Positions 1 to 12,237 of a DNA stretch of 64,000 nucleotides are shown here, piece after piece. This DNA comes from Fimbriosthenelais zetlandica. Lineage: Eukaryota. The stretch is from assembly GCA_977030845.1 (NCBI GenBank), contig OZ365109.1, forward strand, positions 58,528,001 through 58,592,000. Reading direction: 5' to 3'. The position numbers and the translations under genes are program-made. Every line of letters begins with the position of its first letter. Positions within the stretch are counted from its first letter, which is position 1. A model generated the notes under the pieces. It was not told the origin of the DNA. It ran no database searches and worked only from the letters and a program-made list of their open reading frames with translations.

Positions 1-982
1 ACCAACAAGAGAAGCATATCTCAAAGTATAGAACATTAAGGCTAACAGTTGTGAATGCATACTTTCACATGTCAAGGTCTGCATGACATGAATCCATAGG
101 AATGTGCAACTACAACAACCCAGGGGTTCCTATGATTAAACTAGTACAATAAAGCGAACTGCTCCCCACTCATTTTCATCTACTCCTCACTGACTCATCT
201 CATGTGCTGAATTAACATTCTCTCATAAATAAAACTCCTGCTGTTTTTAATACAGCCCTTAGAAAGGGTAGGGATCACTGAGGGGTGACTGGGCAGGCCT
301 GGGCATTCGGCCTGGAACAACACCGGGGCAATATGGCCCTCAGCCCCCCTATAAGGCCCTTTATTATGAGCTGATCGGTCCATTTCATGGATGCCTGACC
401 AATACATATAGCACAGCAATAGAAGGTCAAAGATCCTTGACCATTACCTTCCTACATGGGAAAAGTTAAATTATGTAGCTGTTTGCTAGGTTTGAAATTA
501 CTGGGACCACACACATCGGAAGATGGACATCTGCTTTTGTTTGTTTTTAGCTCAAATCGTTTGTGTTGATCCTTTTATTGTGGGAGGGCCGTGATGTATT
601 GGATGTCGGTATCCAAAAGGGAAATCCTAAACGGAAGTCAGCTGAAACACAAGCTCGGAGCGATCTGGCTAAACCTCCATGGAATTCTTAGTCTCCAATG
701 AAACCCATCCTCCCCTGATATCAAGCTATGTAACCTGGTCCTCTTACATCTGTTACTTCCTTCCTCTAAGGCATTTTGTATTTCGCACAATCTTTTTTTT
801 CCTTCCCACTAAATCATTTGATATATTTTGTCGCCTGTGCAAGGTTAATATGAAGATGTACAAGTATAGGTAAAAGCTCCGTATTTAGACCTGTATGGTA
901 CATTAATTTTACAGGATGGAATTTCATTTAAACGTAATTATTTTAGAAAACCTGGTATTGAATCCTCATAACACTCATAACA

Positions 983-1075
983 AAATAAGGAGTATACTTA
1001 ATACGTAATAAATACATAATATACGTAATACGTAATAAATACGTAATAAATACATAATCAAATAAGGAGTATACT
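983..1075. repeat. Degenerate TAAT-initiated minisatellite (7-11 bp units) bracketed by a perfect 16-bp direct repeat
   Basis: AAATAAGGAGTATACT occurs at 983-998 and 1060-1075. The 61-bp insert between them is made of TAATACG / TAATAAATAC(A/G) / TAATATACG units. Confidence 0.85.
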
Positions 1076-1180
1076 GCTCAAAAACCTCCATTGACCAATC
1101 TATTCTGGTTAATGAGAAAGTGACTAAATCGGGGAAATTTCATATTGTGAAAAAAAAATTGGGGCTAGATGTCTTGCCTT

Positions 1181-1204
1181 GGGGTGCGGGTCTGGGGGTG
1201 GGGG
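1181..1204 (+). other. G-quadruplex-capable tract
   Basis: GGGG-TGC-GGG-TCT-GGGGG-T-GGGGG: four G-runs of 3 or more with short loops. Confidence 0.5.
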
Positions 1205-1704
1205 CACATGTCAGACAGGAGGGTACCTGGGGAGAATGGCTGAATCCCAACAAGTGTGTGACGTGTGGAGGTGCGAGTCTCATGTGTTGTGGACTCTGTG
1301 AGGTGTAAATTAATAGGGGTGAATAGCGGTGTGAAAGAAGGGTGGGGCTGAATGTGAACCAAGGGACTGGGAAAAGGTGTGACAACAAATGGATGAAAGA
1401 GAAGATCACGAAGCAGAAGATAAAGAAAATATCTTATTATTCCAACGAAACTGTATAGGCCTATATTCATAAAATGATAATATAAAAGAGACACCCAAGC
1501 TGTCATCTGGAGTCAGAAGAGAACTGTGGGCCTACATAGGCGGGGGGGGGGGGGCTACATGTAGGCCTATGCAGAAACTGACATAGGTGAGACACAGTGA
1601 GAGGTATGTAAAAACAAAGGGCATGTCCCAAATGATCAACACCTTCGAACTATACCCTTCTCCCCTTTCCTCCCACCCACCCACCTCACTCTTGTGATTA
1701 GGTC

Positions 1705-1952
1705 TGACTCATTGACAAACCAGGTGTGCTTCTTTACTGCCTTGCTCGCCACCAACTTCCTCTCCTCATCCCTTTCTCACCTCCACCTCTGGAGAGCTGT
1801 TGCCATGGCAGCGAGGTCAACCGGATCGAGAGCTCATCTCCTCACTCCAGGGAACCCCGCCAGGGGCGCCACCCTCCTTGGTGACCCCTGACCCTGAATT
1901 TAAATGGGGCTTTTACTCAGGTCTTGGGGGAATATTAATTGACCCCTGAACC
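1705..1952. promoter_or_regulatory. Candidate enhancer: AP-1 site, RFX X-box and two nuclear-receptor DR1 elements
   Basis: TGACTCA 1705-1711; GTTGCCATGGCAGC 1799-1812 (one mismatch to GTTGCCATGGCAAC); TGACCC-C-TGACCC 1882-1894; TGACCC-C-TGAACC 1940-1952. The motifs are seen directly; function is inferred. Confidence 0.45.
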
Positions 1953-2270
1953 CCTGGGATGGGCTTCAGGTAGGCAACACAATGTCTTGGGGTTGAAGAA
2001 ATGACAGAAAATGGCTTCCTAGTCCCGGGGAGAAAGATTAATGAAGATAGCTGGAGTGTCTGCAGAGCTGACGACAAAATAAACAGCAAGTTAATTTCAC
2101 CAGCAAGTTTATTTTCATTTACAACCGAGAAATGAAGGTTGAATAATTTCCATGTGAAGTTGAAAAAAAACTTTCTAATTTAAATTTATATTGTTCGCCC
2201 TCTGATGACTACAGACTTAATCCTCTGTCGGGGGTGGGGGTGGTGGAGGAAGCAGGAAGATTTGCAGGAT

Positions 2271-2300
2271 GGGTGGGTGGGTGTGGGGGGGGGGGGGGGG
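2271..2300 (+). other. G-quadruplex-capable / poly-G tract
   Basis: GGGTGGGTGGGTGT followed by G16 (2285-2300). Confidence 0.55.
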
Positions 2301-3217
2301 TAGGATGACCAGTACCAACCCTCAATGATCTTTATTATAAAGACAGGAACTGACTCACGTACGCCACTGGTCAAGGTCCGAGTCCGGCTGGAGTTGACAA
2401 TGCCTTCAATACCAAATGATCTTATCTACTGTGGAATACAGTTTTATTGGGCGTCAAACACCAACATGTTTAGTGCATAGGCCTATTTTATTATTCAGAT
2501 TTGTTCAACTTAAAATCATTTACGGACATTGTGGCTGTCCAGTTCCAACTGCTACATAGTGGACTGGTCTTTATTTGAGCATCTGAAGACAGTGATGCCC
2601 CAGCAGGTTGACAGGTACATGGACATCATCAGTCAGGAGAGGGTTCCCAGTGCAGGGGGAGGGGCAGGGAAGTGACCAGCAGGGAGATGATAATGAATAG
2701 ACAGCACTGACAAGGATAATGTGGACGAAGAGGAGAAGGAGAGGAAGAAGAGAAAGAAGATCAGGATGAGTCACAGAAGACCAGAAAAAGAAAGTCAAGA
2801 ATGGAGACCGGGCAGGGATCAGGGATGATGGAGTGTGTTGGAGAGGGAGGCTGTTGTGGATATTTGTCATAGATACCTGGCCATTGTCCTGGCACTCTGA
2901 CAGTATATAGGTTTACGAAACGAGCCTTAGGTATTCGCTTACTTTCATGGGAAAGTAATTTCCGTCAATGTCTCATAGAGCTGACCATATACATTGTCGT
3001 CATAAATATGTAGGCCTACATTTATTTGATACTGTAATCCAGCAATTAATGTGAGGGTATGCTTTGTGTCAAGAATGTCTTCAGTTTCTACTGCAGATTG
3101 TCAAATTAAGCAAGTAAAATTTACATCAATCTTAACATAATAATGGTGGGTGAGAGTATTTCCGAAAGAATCTGTTAGAAAGCCTGTAAGACTATGGTAA
3201 GCACACTGGTTCATTGC

Positions 3218-3682
3218 TGTCACACAACCCTGATTGGAAACATGGTCACCGTTTGTCAGAAACAGAATAACCAGTACTGTCATATTGTCACAGAAAGAAT
3301 ACCTGAATCGTGGCAGTATAATTTAGTATTGCCCCTTGCTAATACTTGCTGTGCCAGCACCAGAAACACAATTGAAATACTGACACATATAATATACCAA
3401 AATCGCCACTGACAGAAATTTAATAGTACAGCTGTCAGTATAGAGTCTAGCTTAGACTGTGACAGTATAGGTTAAGTAACACTGTCACCCGCTTCTACAG
3501 TACTTTGCCATGAACGTCTTGTCAGAATGTCAAGCTTCTGGATCTTGGTACTACATGTAGTGAACAGTAACGACAATGTCAGAGACCATATAGGGCAAAT
3601 CAATCAAACTTAAAAGTTGAAAATACAGGAAAATATTATTTGTATGGAACATTCTGATTGATGAACTGTGCTTTTCCTGTCA
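3218..3682. promoter_or_regulatory. Dense homotypic TGACA/TGTCA cluster (TALE homeodomain-like sites, or a decayed satellite)
   Basis: 13 TGACA/TGTCA pentamers in 465 bp (3218, 3254, 3278, 3286, 3381, 3410, 3433, 3460, 3483, 3520, 3528, 3577, 3678); 7 are full TGACAG/CTGTCA. About 1 is expected. Confidence 0.5.
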
Positions 3683-4468
3683 GACAATTCGACAAAATGG
3701 TAAGACAGACATTGATTATTGAAAGTTCTCCCATCAAGTCTTCCACCAACATCCACCAAATGTCGACATAACCCCGTCAGTGCACTTGTCGTGGAAACTC
3801 AATGAAACTACGAGGAATTTCTCAATCAAGTATAACACTGCTCCTCAAACTCCCTCTTCTCCTTCTCCTTCCCTTCGTGTCCCCTCTACTTCCCCCTCCC
3901 ACGTTGCTGTCAAGGCAGGGTTTCCTCCGTGTCAACCATACGTCAAGCGTACGTCAGCAAACGTCAGGTTTGAGCGGGGACCAGTCCTTCTTTTTAGACG
4001 TGTTGATAGGTGTTTGGAGAAAGTTACGACAGTTGGTTAGGTCCTATGGATGACAACAACTTGTATCTGCCTGCCTGTGCGCACCCAAGCCGGATATGAG
4101 ATAGCTCTAGCCGCAGATACATGGGCCTTTAAAACTGTCGGCAGGGCTTGACGGCCCCTTCCTTATTGGAATTGAACGCTGGAAGATCCCTTACTTCGGT
4201 AGTTTTTACAAGTATGGCTTTTTCCCGTCAATGGATCTCAGCCTTGTCCATAAACGTTTATATACATTTATGTTTCTTCTTAACTTTTCATGAGTAGCTT
4301 CATTTGTATGTTGGAAGGTGTATGTGTTTTGTTGATCTGAGGTCCATTGTGCTAAGTCCACGAGGCCCAACGACCCCTCGTATAAGCATTTCCAATTTAC
4401 AGTCGTTGACAATGCTTTTTAGAACTATGGACAAAAGCTACGAGTGTCTCCACGACACTGCATAGTTA

Positions 4469-4623
4469 CATCGAAATTGTTAACGTCGGCCAACTAGGGT
4501 CAACAATACTGAATAGGGCCAACTATCGTGAAAAGCTATCGTAAGCTAACACAAGGGGGACCTTGGCATACTATAGCTTTTCATAGTTGGCCCTCTCGTT
4601 GAAACTCGTTGACAAATTCGATG
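4469..4623. mobile_element. Imperfect fold-back (nested inverted repeats), probable MITE/DNA-transposon remnant
   Basis: Inner arms AGGGCCAACTATCGTGAAAAGCTAT (4515-4539) and ATAGCTTTTCATAGTTGGCCCT (4573-4594) pair with a small indel. Outer arms CATCGAAATTGTTAAC (4469-4484) and GTTGACAAATTCGATG (4608-4623) pair at 14/16. Confidence 0.45.
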
Positions 4624-7600
4624 AGCAAAAGTGCAACGACGCAATGGACCACAAGTGCTTGAATAACGTTGACGATCTCTTTATCATTGATTGTCCAGAG
4701 GGTAGTATACGAAAAGTGATACTTGTCCCTGGTACCGTGCTTAACTTTGAACACGAGAGACCTTCACATACAACTTCAAAATGTTGCCGTCAATAAATGT
4801 CTATGCCTTGTTAATCCCTTATCTAAAATGTATATTAAATATGATAATTTTAAATACATGTAAAATTCTAACATATTTTAAGGTGTACACAGAACAATAG
4901 CCAAACAATGTGGGTAGTTAAGGCAATGCCTGTAAATGTTTTATTGATAGACCCCATTCAAGTTGGCTTAGTGAGAGTCGGTGAGGTAAGTGGAAGGGGT
5001 GTTTTGAGAAGGGACTGTCAAGAAGGATACAAAACTCAGGTAATTGCAGCAGGGGGATCAGGCAGAGGGATCCTTTTTAAGCTGGAAGGATCTGGGGAAA
5101 ATAATTACCGCAGGTCGAGGTATTAGTCCCTTCATTCATCTCTAACATGGGCTGAAGGCTTGTATACGGCAACAGATCCACATTGACTCCTAACAGATTC
5201 AACGGTTTTATTGGAAGGATAGAAACAAAGGAGGGAAAGATAGAAAACAAACTGCCAGTTGGGTGATATTAAATGGATGGTACACGGTATTTTGGATGCA
5301 GGCTCTCATTATTTTCTAGGCATGGCCAAAGTTTCCTGCTTCATTAATTTTAGGATTAATAAAATTACTTTAGTTATATCAGAGACGATGTTTATTCAAA
5401 AAGAGATCATTATGCTTAGATTTATGATAGTGGCAGTATTCCTAAATTGTCTTAAAACAACAGTACAGTATCCAGAGTCATCAAGTCATTGTTGCAATAA
5501 TCATCTCTGTCGATTTGACCTGATGGTAAAGACGAAAGAAGCTATTGACAATGACATGAACTCATCTTTCGCTGGATTTCTGGATCTTTTGGGCTGAGGA
5601 CAGGCCCACGAATGACGATAGAATGACTGATGCAATATCAGCAAACATGATCCAGAGCTTTAAGAGTGTGTTAATTTTGATGGTGATTTATTAGGCCTTC
5701 TATCCCGAGGCTGAGTGAAGGGCCTTTCCCTCTAGTTTATTGTCTTGGGGGCTGGGGGAGGAGGAGGGGGTGGAAGAGGAGCCAGAGTGTGCCCCTATTT
5801 CGCTGAGTCATCATCATTAGGAAACTGTAAGCCTCAGCTGTTTAACATGTCTCCTGGGTGACAGGTAACCTTACCTGATACTGGAGCGATGGCTAAATGT
5901 TACACCCCACTCTTATGATTCAAAGTTGATGCTTCAAAACTACATTAGAAAACAAAAGACATAAAAGCAGGTTTGAAATTAAAGCCCAGATAATTTCCAG
6001 TCAACAAAATTCTACGAATTAACGTATTATTGAGATCATTGAGATTAAAATATATGCTCAGTCAATCAAATATTGATGAATTCGTAAAATGGCTCATTTA
6101 ATGGTCCATTTAATGGCTGATTGAGGGAATCCGGTGATTTGGATGACAGCAGTCTGGGGCAGGTCAGAAGAAGGCATGAGAGTCAAGGGATGAGAGTTTA
6201 ATGATGTATAGAGAGGGAAGGAAAGGGGGTGGGAAGACGGTGGCCACCCACTGGGACCCAACCCACAAGCCAAGGGAATGCTCATAAATCTGTATAACAA
6301 AGGGATTATCAAGATAATTTAGTAGACCGAGTACCTGCAGACGACAGAGGAGTAAATCTGCTTTAAGTACCGAAAACAATCCTGAATACCCTATGTCTAT
6401 GACTTATTTTTTTGAGTGTTCAGTACTTAAATTTGTGATTTACGCTTAATGAATATTTGAAGCTCATGATCAACAGATAACTTTCAGTAGCCATTAGTAA
6501 GTTTTCTGGCAGATTATTAATTTGTGCATGCATAACCATCAAAGAGGTTAGATGTTCAAAGTATCCATTTTTCCTTTAAGGTCACAAGTCCATACGGATC
6601 TTTTATGCTACGGAGGAGTTTAGAGTGCCACAGAGCCCCTTCACGAGGGTAGAGGGGTGTCAGGAGTTACCCTGGGAAGCTGGAACATCTTAGGTGTCAC
6701 TCCAGTAGATAATGGATCCTCAACACCCCAAGGTTGTCATCTTGCAGGCCTATTAACAAGGGGAAGCCTTACTTATTCTCCGGCAAAACACATTTCATGC
6801 TCACCCCCTTTACTGTCATTGGGACAAAGGCAGGGTATGGATTCCAGGGGTGCTTGCTCCACACACATGTAACAAGGCACAAGGATTCTTAATTAATCCT
6901 GGTGTCATATACAGCTGCAAGAAGTAATATTTCCACTGTATGAACCATCATCTTGTCAAAATGATGCCGAATGATTACAAGAAACTGCGTTGATAACAAA
7001 GATTTTTATGAATCTAATATGAAGCCAATTGCTATATGATGCCCTTTTGGTGAAATGGATTTTAATAAGACCAATTTCATTGGGTATCATCAACAGGGGA
7101 AAAGCAGATAATAAGAGAGGTGTCAAGCTATTAGTCACCAATGGAATTATTCCATTCTTGCCCTGTAATATGCGGAAGGTTGGTTTAACCGATGGCGGTG
7201 ATTTACACTCAGTCAAAGGTGATAAAAGCCTGTTTATTGTTAGCGTCCAAACGTGCACGTACTGTCAGTACCTATTGCTAGTTTCACTTTTCTTTCTTCT
7301 GACTTGTAGTTTTGGTCACCTTGCTTGACAGTGATGGTGATAGCTGTACTTGGTGGAGGTGTTGTTTGGATCGCCTGACCACTGGTGCCCATGGACTCAG
7401 ACGTAGAGTGGTATTTATTGTATAGGGAGATTCCAGCACAAAAGGCTGATAGACCTCACTAAAACAACTGTTACTCGTTAAGGCTATGTACTAGAGGCAG
7501 TACTGGGAGGTAGTAAAGGCGAGGTAAATCACACTCTACACTCCCATTCAGTAAACAGCGATGAAATCTATGTTTTTCGTAGGTCATGACGCAAAAAAAC

Positions 7601-10600
7601 ATGCTAAAGAAAGACGAAGACTCTTTTCACTAATTTCAAGGACAGTGGAAGACTCAGATAAAAGAACATTCAATTTACTCAATAAATGAGCTATCTACAT
7701 ATAACACAAATGTCTTCATAAAACTATCCATCTCGTTCAAAGTATGCCCATAAATAACAACTCTCCAAGACTTCTCAGACGCAAAAAAAGAGGGAAAGAT
7801 ATATGTATAAGGGAAGAACTAATATCCGGTGGATTCCACAAAAAGACATTCTGCTATCCGCGACTGCAGTTTTCTAGTTTTTTCCTTGATGACCTATTAG
7901 TCCACGGTGGCATCTCTAGCAATCTAGACAGATGATGGAGTAAATTACACAATTTCCTGCAGCGAGAAGCTCAGACTCATTTAGACACAGTCTGAGGGAG
8001 CAGCTCGCCTCGGCTGGCGCCGTCGCGTCCACCAACTGCGACACACAACACTGTTTTCCCAGTGTCTGCCCACCTTCAACTTCACTGTCTGCTAACCTTT
8101 CTTGCCCATCCAAGGCAATTGTTTAATGACTAATACTTAATTACACTGCTGAGACAAAGGGAAGGGGGAGCGTACCACCAGAGTCTTGGGACCTTTTGGC
8201 ACCCTACCCATTTCAACCATTTGTTAGGCAGGTGACATGTTCGGAGTTTGGTAAAACCTCAACTATTACTCATACATAACCAAATGGCCACGTCTCGTGC
8301 TCTGTGACTATTACGCTCCCACACACCCCCTTTCACACGTCCCCCTTTCCCAGGGTGGGTATCTGAAACCCTCTTTTCAGGATGGACAAAAAAGGGAGGT
8401 GTGCTCCTGCAATATCAGAGGGTAAAATCAAAACTTTAGTGGGCTCATGGGAGAAAGCGGATTCCCCTAAGGCATTCTTACATGTGTTGCCTCGTAACAA
8501 TTAACTTGTAGATGTAGTGAGTCAGTTGTTTTGGGTCTGGAGAATTATCTGAAATTCAAATGAAGTGTAAGGAGTGAGAAGGGGGAATAATGTGGGATGC
8601 TCTAGTCATATCTCGGCGGAAAGGTCGAACAGCTTCTCCGCTGATCCTGCTAACTGTGTGTTTGATTAGTACACAGTCCATTCATAAACAGCCACGTCTC
8701 CAGGGAAACCTTTCCTCATTACTGAAGCAATTGCTCACTTCCCCTGCCAAAGCCTTTTGCTTTTATGGCAATGAGAGTTGCCAAACATATATAATAATAA
8801 TAATTCCACTTGAAAAATGTGGACCTATTGTCCAGGCTTCAAGTGCGTGGCAGTAAAAACTTTGTGGGTAGGTTCATTGCAGCAGGGAAAGCAGACAAAG
8901 CAGCACCCTTTAAGATAACTTCGAAAGTCTTCTCATTGAAGAGGCCATCTTCATCTAACGTGTATTAGACGTTTGCCTCCCAGCATCTCCTTTTCCAGTA
9001 TTTTTGTCTTGTGGTCACTGACAGGAAAGGAAGCAGGAGATTAGATTTGTGTCCAACGTTTTCATTCAGTTAAAGAAATCATCCTTTTTTTTTTTTTACT
9101 GAGATAAGGAATTAGAAATTGCACACCAAGTTGTATCTACTTTTACCAAACTTCAAGGTCTCTATCAAATGCCACATGGAAAGATGTCTGGTTTCCCAGA
9201 CGATAGATCTGGTTTCCAATGTTGTTTACCAGATTATTTTAACAAAATCTTCATCATTGGAACTGTTTCAACAAGTTTACCATTGAATCACTAGTCAATC
9301 GGTCGCACGATCTGGCCTGAATTAGGTCATTGGCTTGGCAGCAACAAATGATCGAATCAGTGTGAGGCCTGAGGGGCGTTGTGTTGTTCTTTGTCGTCTT
9401 GGCAACAGTTTGAATATTGTTAGCCCTGGATCCCCAGAGTGCAGTTAGTGAGAGTAAATCTGACATTCCTAAACAGGAGTGATCCATCATGGCACCCTAG
9501 GCTGAGCAGTCACAGGGCTGTGAGCAGGGGGTGGTGGGGGGCTGCTCAGCAGTCCAACAGCTGTGACCACTGCCTCTCCCAGCCCTACCTCCCCCTAGTC
9601 ATCTCCCAGAGGTACAATTCATAGTCTGCCATTTTATCTAGGTCTGGACAAACAGAGTCAGAGGTCCACCCTTCCCACTTTGACAAACCCCAAACTGACC
9701 ACCCCAAGAGCTCAACAACATCACAAACTCTGCAGCGGGATCCAAGTTGGTCATCAATATTTCACGCGGGGAAGTTAATGATTTTCACCGTCCAGAGCTG
9801 GTGATTATACGGGGAGGCGGTGTGGGCGGCTTGCTGCTCAATTAGTATCTATGGCTTGATCAGGGCATGAATGCATCTTATCCTGGCCTATCCATCTCTT
9901 ATCAATCCCGCTATCTGACAGCCAAGCTCCGCCTCCCTCTTCCCAGTCAAAAATTAAAATTATGCATTCATCACTGCCTTTATGGCTTCCAATCTATGAA
10001 GTTGTATAATGAGGATCCGGAGTGGGTGATAGAAAAGATTATTCTCTTCTCAGACTGTGGGTATAAGAAGGGAATCCAAGGGTGAACTGCCACAATCCCT
10101 TTCATATCCTACACAGAAACCATACAAAATATGGTGTACCTACATGCACCAAACACACTCGTTTCAAAGGAACTTGAGTTCATCAATTTTGAACTTGCCT
10201 ACCATGGCCTGGACCCCGAAAGTCCACCTTCATACTGGTGGCCTAGGCTGACGCTGCTGTCCATCTAATGGTCGTAAATTCACATTAATACTTTTGAGAG
10301 TGTATACTCTACAGGTGAAGGGAGGTTCTTGGACTAATCCTCATCCTACAATTGTAGGGGTCAGTAACTTTGTAAACCGAGGGTGCAGATTTCGGTTAGC
10401 GATGATTCTATACTAGTTATTTAGCTTAAAACTTTCTAACAGAAAATGACCTATGCATGGCTGGGTTAACAAAACTTCATTTCCCACTCTTGTTGTGGGA
10501 CATAACATAGTGCACACAAGCACACACAATCTATCATTGCATGCAGACTGATCTCAGTGAACTCAGACCATAGTCCAGCTTCTAATTATTCTATTAGATT

Positions 10601-12204
10601 TAATCCTTTTCTGACAGGTAATCCAAAATCCCCTTGTTTGGTGGCTGAGGGTCAGTGAGCTGGGGGACAAAAGTACAAAGGCTTAGAAGGGTTGTTACTG
10701 GCGACTAAACAACTGACAAGTCACTAAAAGCTGGAATTTCATGTCGGAGGTGGACGACCATGAATGAAATTTTGAAAACCAAAGGAGTGGTCGGCATGAA
10801 ATATCTCAGAGAAACTAAGCAGTTCCGTCAATGTTCTTCAATAACGTACACATTTGGTACAAATCTCACAAAATGACAGAGAGTTCATCTCGGCATAATT
10901 TCATCAGTTGGACTCAGCAGTCATTATGAAAATTTCCATGAGGCAGTGACACAAAAAAATGGCACAGGAAGAAGCCATGCAGGGCTCGCTATCAGTTTGG
11001 GTCAGGGTAAGTGAGCCATGGGAGGGGCTTTCTTAGTTGAGCATGGGATGGGGCCGAGAGAGGGCTGGGGGTGAGATGTGCCCCTAGAGAATGAAGAAAG
11101 CCCAAGGCTAGAAAGCTATAGGGGTAACTGTTTGGTCTAATTAACGTTAAGAAGCCACATTAGCTCAGTCCTAGGTTATGAGTCAGTTGATTCACCCCGC
11201 CCCACTCTCTATCCCCTCTCTATCTGACCGTCTCACTATCCAGGCCACAAACATTATTGTACAATACTAGCTTTCCATAAAGGTATAAATGTGTTATTCT
11301 CGTTTGACGTGACCATGGGTGCATGCAGCTGACCAGAATTCGCCGTCAAAAGTCTCCCATTGCTTAGTTTAAATAGACAGTTTTGGAACATGACATTTTA
11401 AGGAAATAAATTCATAGATCATGATCTGCGTAGGATGAACAAGTCAATATTATAATCATGTTCTTTTTTCATTAATAAAATGAATGTCATAGCCTACCGT
11501 TGAAGTCCTAGGGCGACATGACTGGGTCTACAACATTGAATGAGCGTTATGGCAAAGAAGAGGTACCACCCACCTTATTAGTGAAACGTTTCCCGAAGGT
11601 CCTTCTGCTCAGTGTCAGCTTGTTGCTAAAATTGTTAGAGGAGCCCGAGAAAATGGTTTAGTGGATTCCCTGAAGAGCTTTGTCTCTACAATTACAATGG
11701 GACAAAGAACAAATACAGTCTTAATGCAAGTAACATGGGGGCAGAAGTTCAGGAAATTAACACTATTCTTATCTTTCTCATATGGATTCTCTAGGCAATT
11801 CTAAAGTATAAGAAATTTAAACGTAGGATAATTTAATTTATCGCATATCATAGGTCTCAACTCTAACAATTATATACAAGACTATTCCTGTCTCAATATT
11901 AGAATTTCTTTCCCTCAACATTGCACAAAATTCAAGATGAAAGGATCAGCGACCATAAAACTGTTTCGGGGCCACTTGGGTAACTCTCACTTGCATAGAT
12001 ATAGGGATTGAAAAATCATATACTTATTTCCATCCAATTGCTCAGGATGAAGGTTTAAGTTAATATCGAATATCAAAATATTATTGTTCGTTTTATAGAG
12101 GTGCACTGAGACCTCTGATCATATTACACTATATTACGCTCGTGTATGCACAACTACACGGATCCTGGCCCAAAATCCACCCAGCGTGTTCTTCATTTCC
12201 ATAA

Positions 12205-12237
12205 CCAATAGGCTCCACGGGTCATAATCACGTGACC
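12205..12237. promoter_or_regulatory. CCAAT box plus CLEAR/USF-type E-box
   Basis: CCAAT 12205-12209; TCACGTGACC 12228-12237 (reverse complement of GGTCACGTGA). Confidence 0.3.

Noticed and set aside
4206-4412. SIDGKK resembling the Harbinger transposase AIDGKH motif
   Set aside because: The match is only four residues, with no other DDE motifs. The short TTGACGGC/GCCGTCAA inverted pair (4149/4785) does not extend into TIRs.
4951-4991. 35-nt micro-exon candidate with perfect donor GAG/GTAAGT
   Set aside because: The acceptor tract is weak and there is no partner exon or recognisable peptide. Consensus donors occur by chance (another is at about 11008).
7580-7880. Lys/Arg-rich reading-frame fragments that might be a transposon protein relic
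   Set aside because: Frames are interrupted by stops, the composition is explained by A-rich DNA, and I cannot name a motif with confidence.
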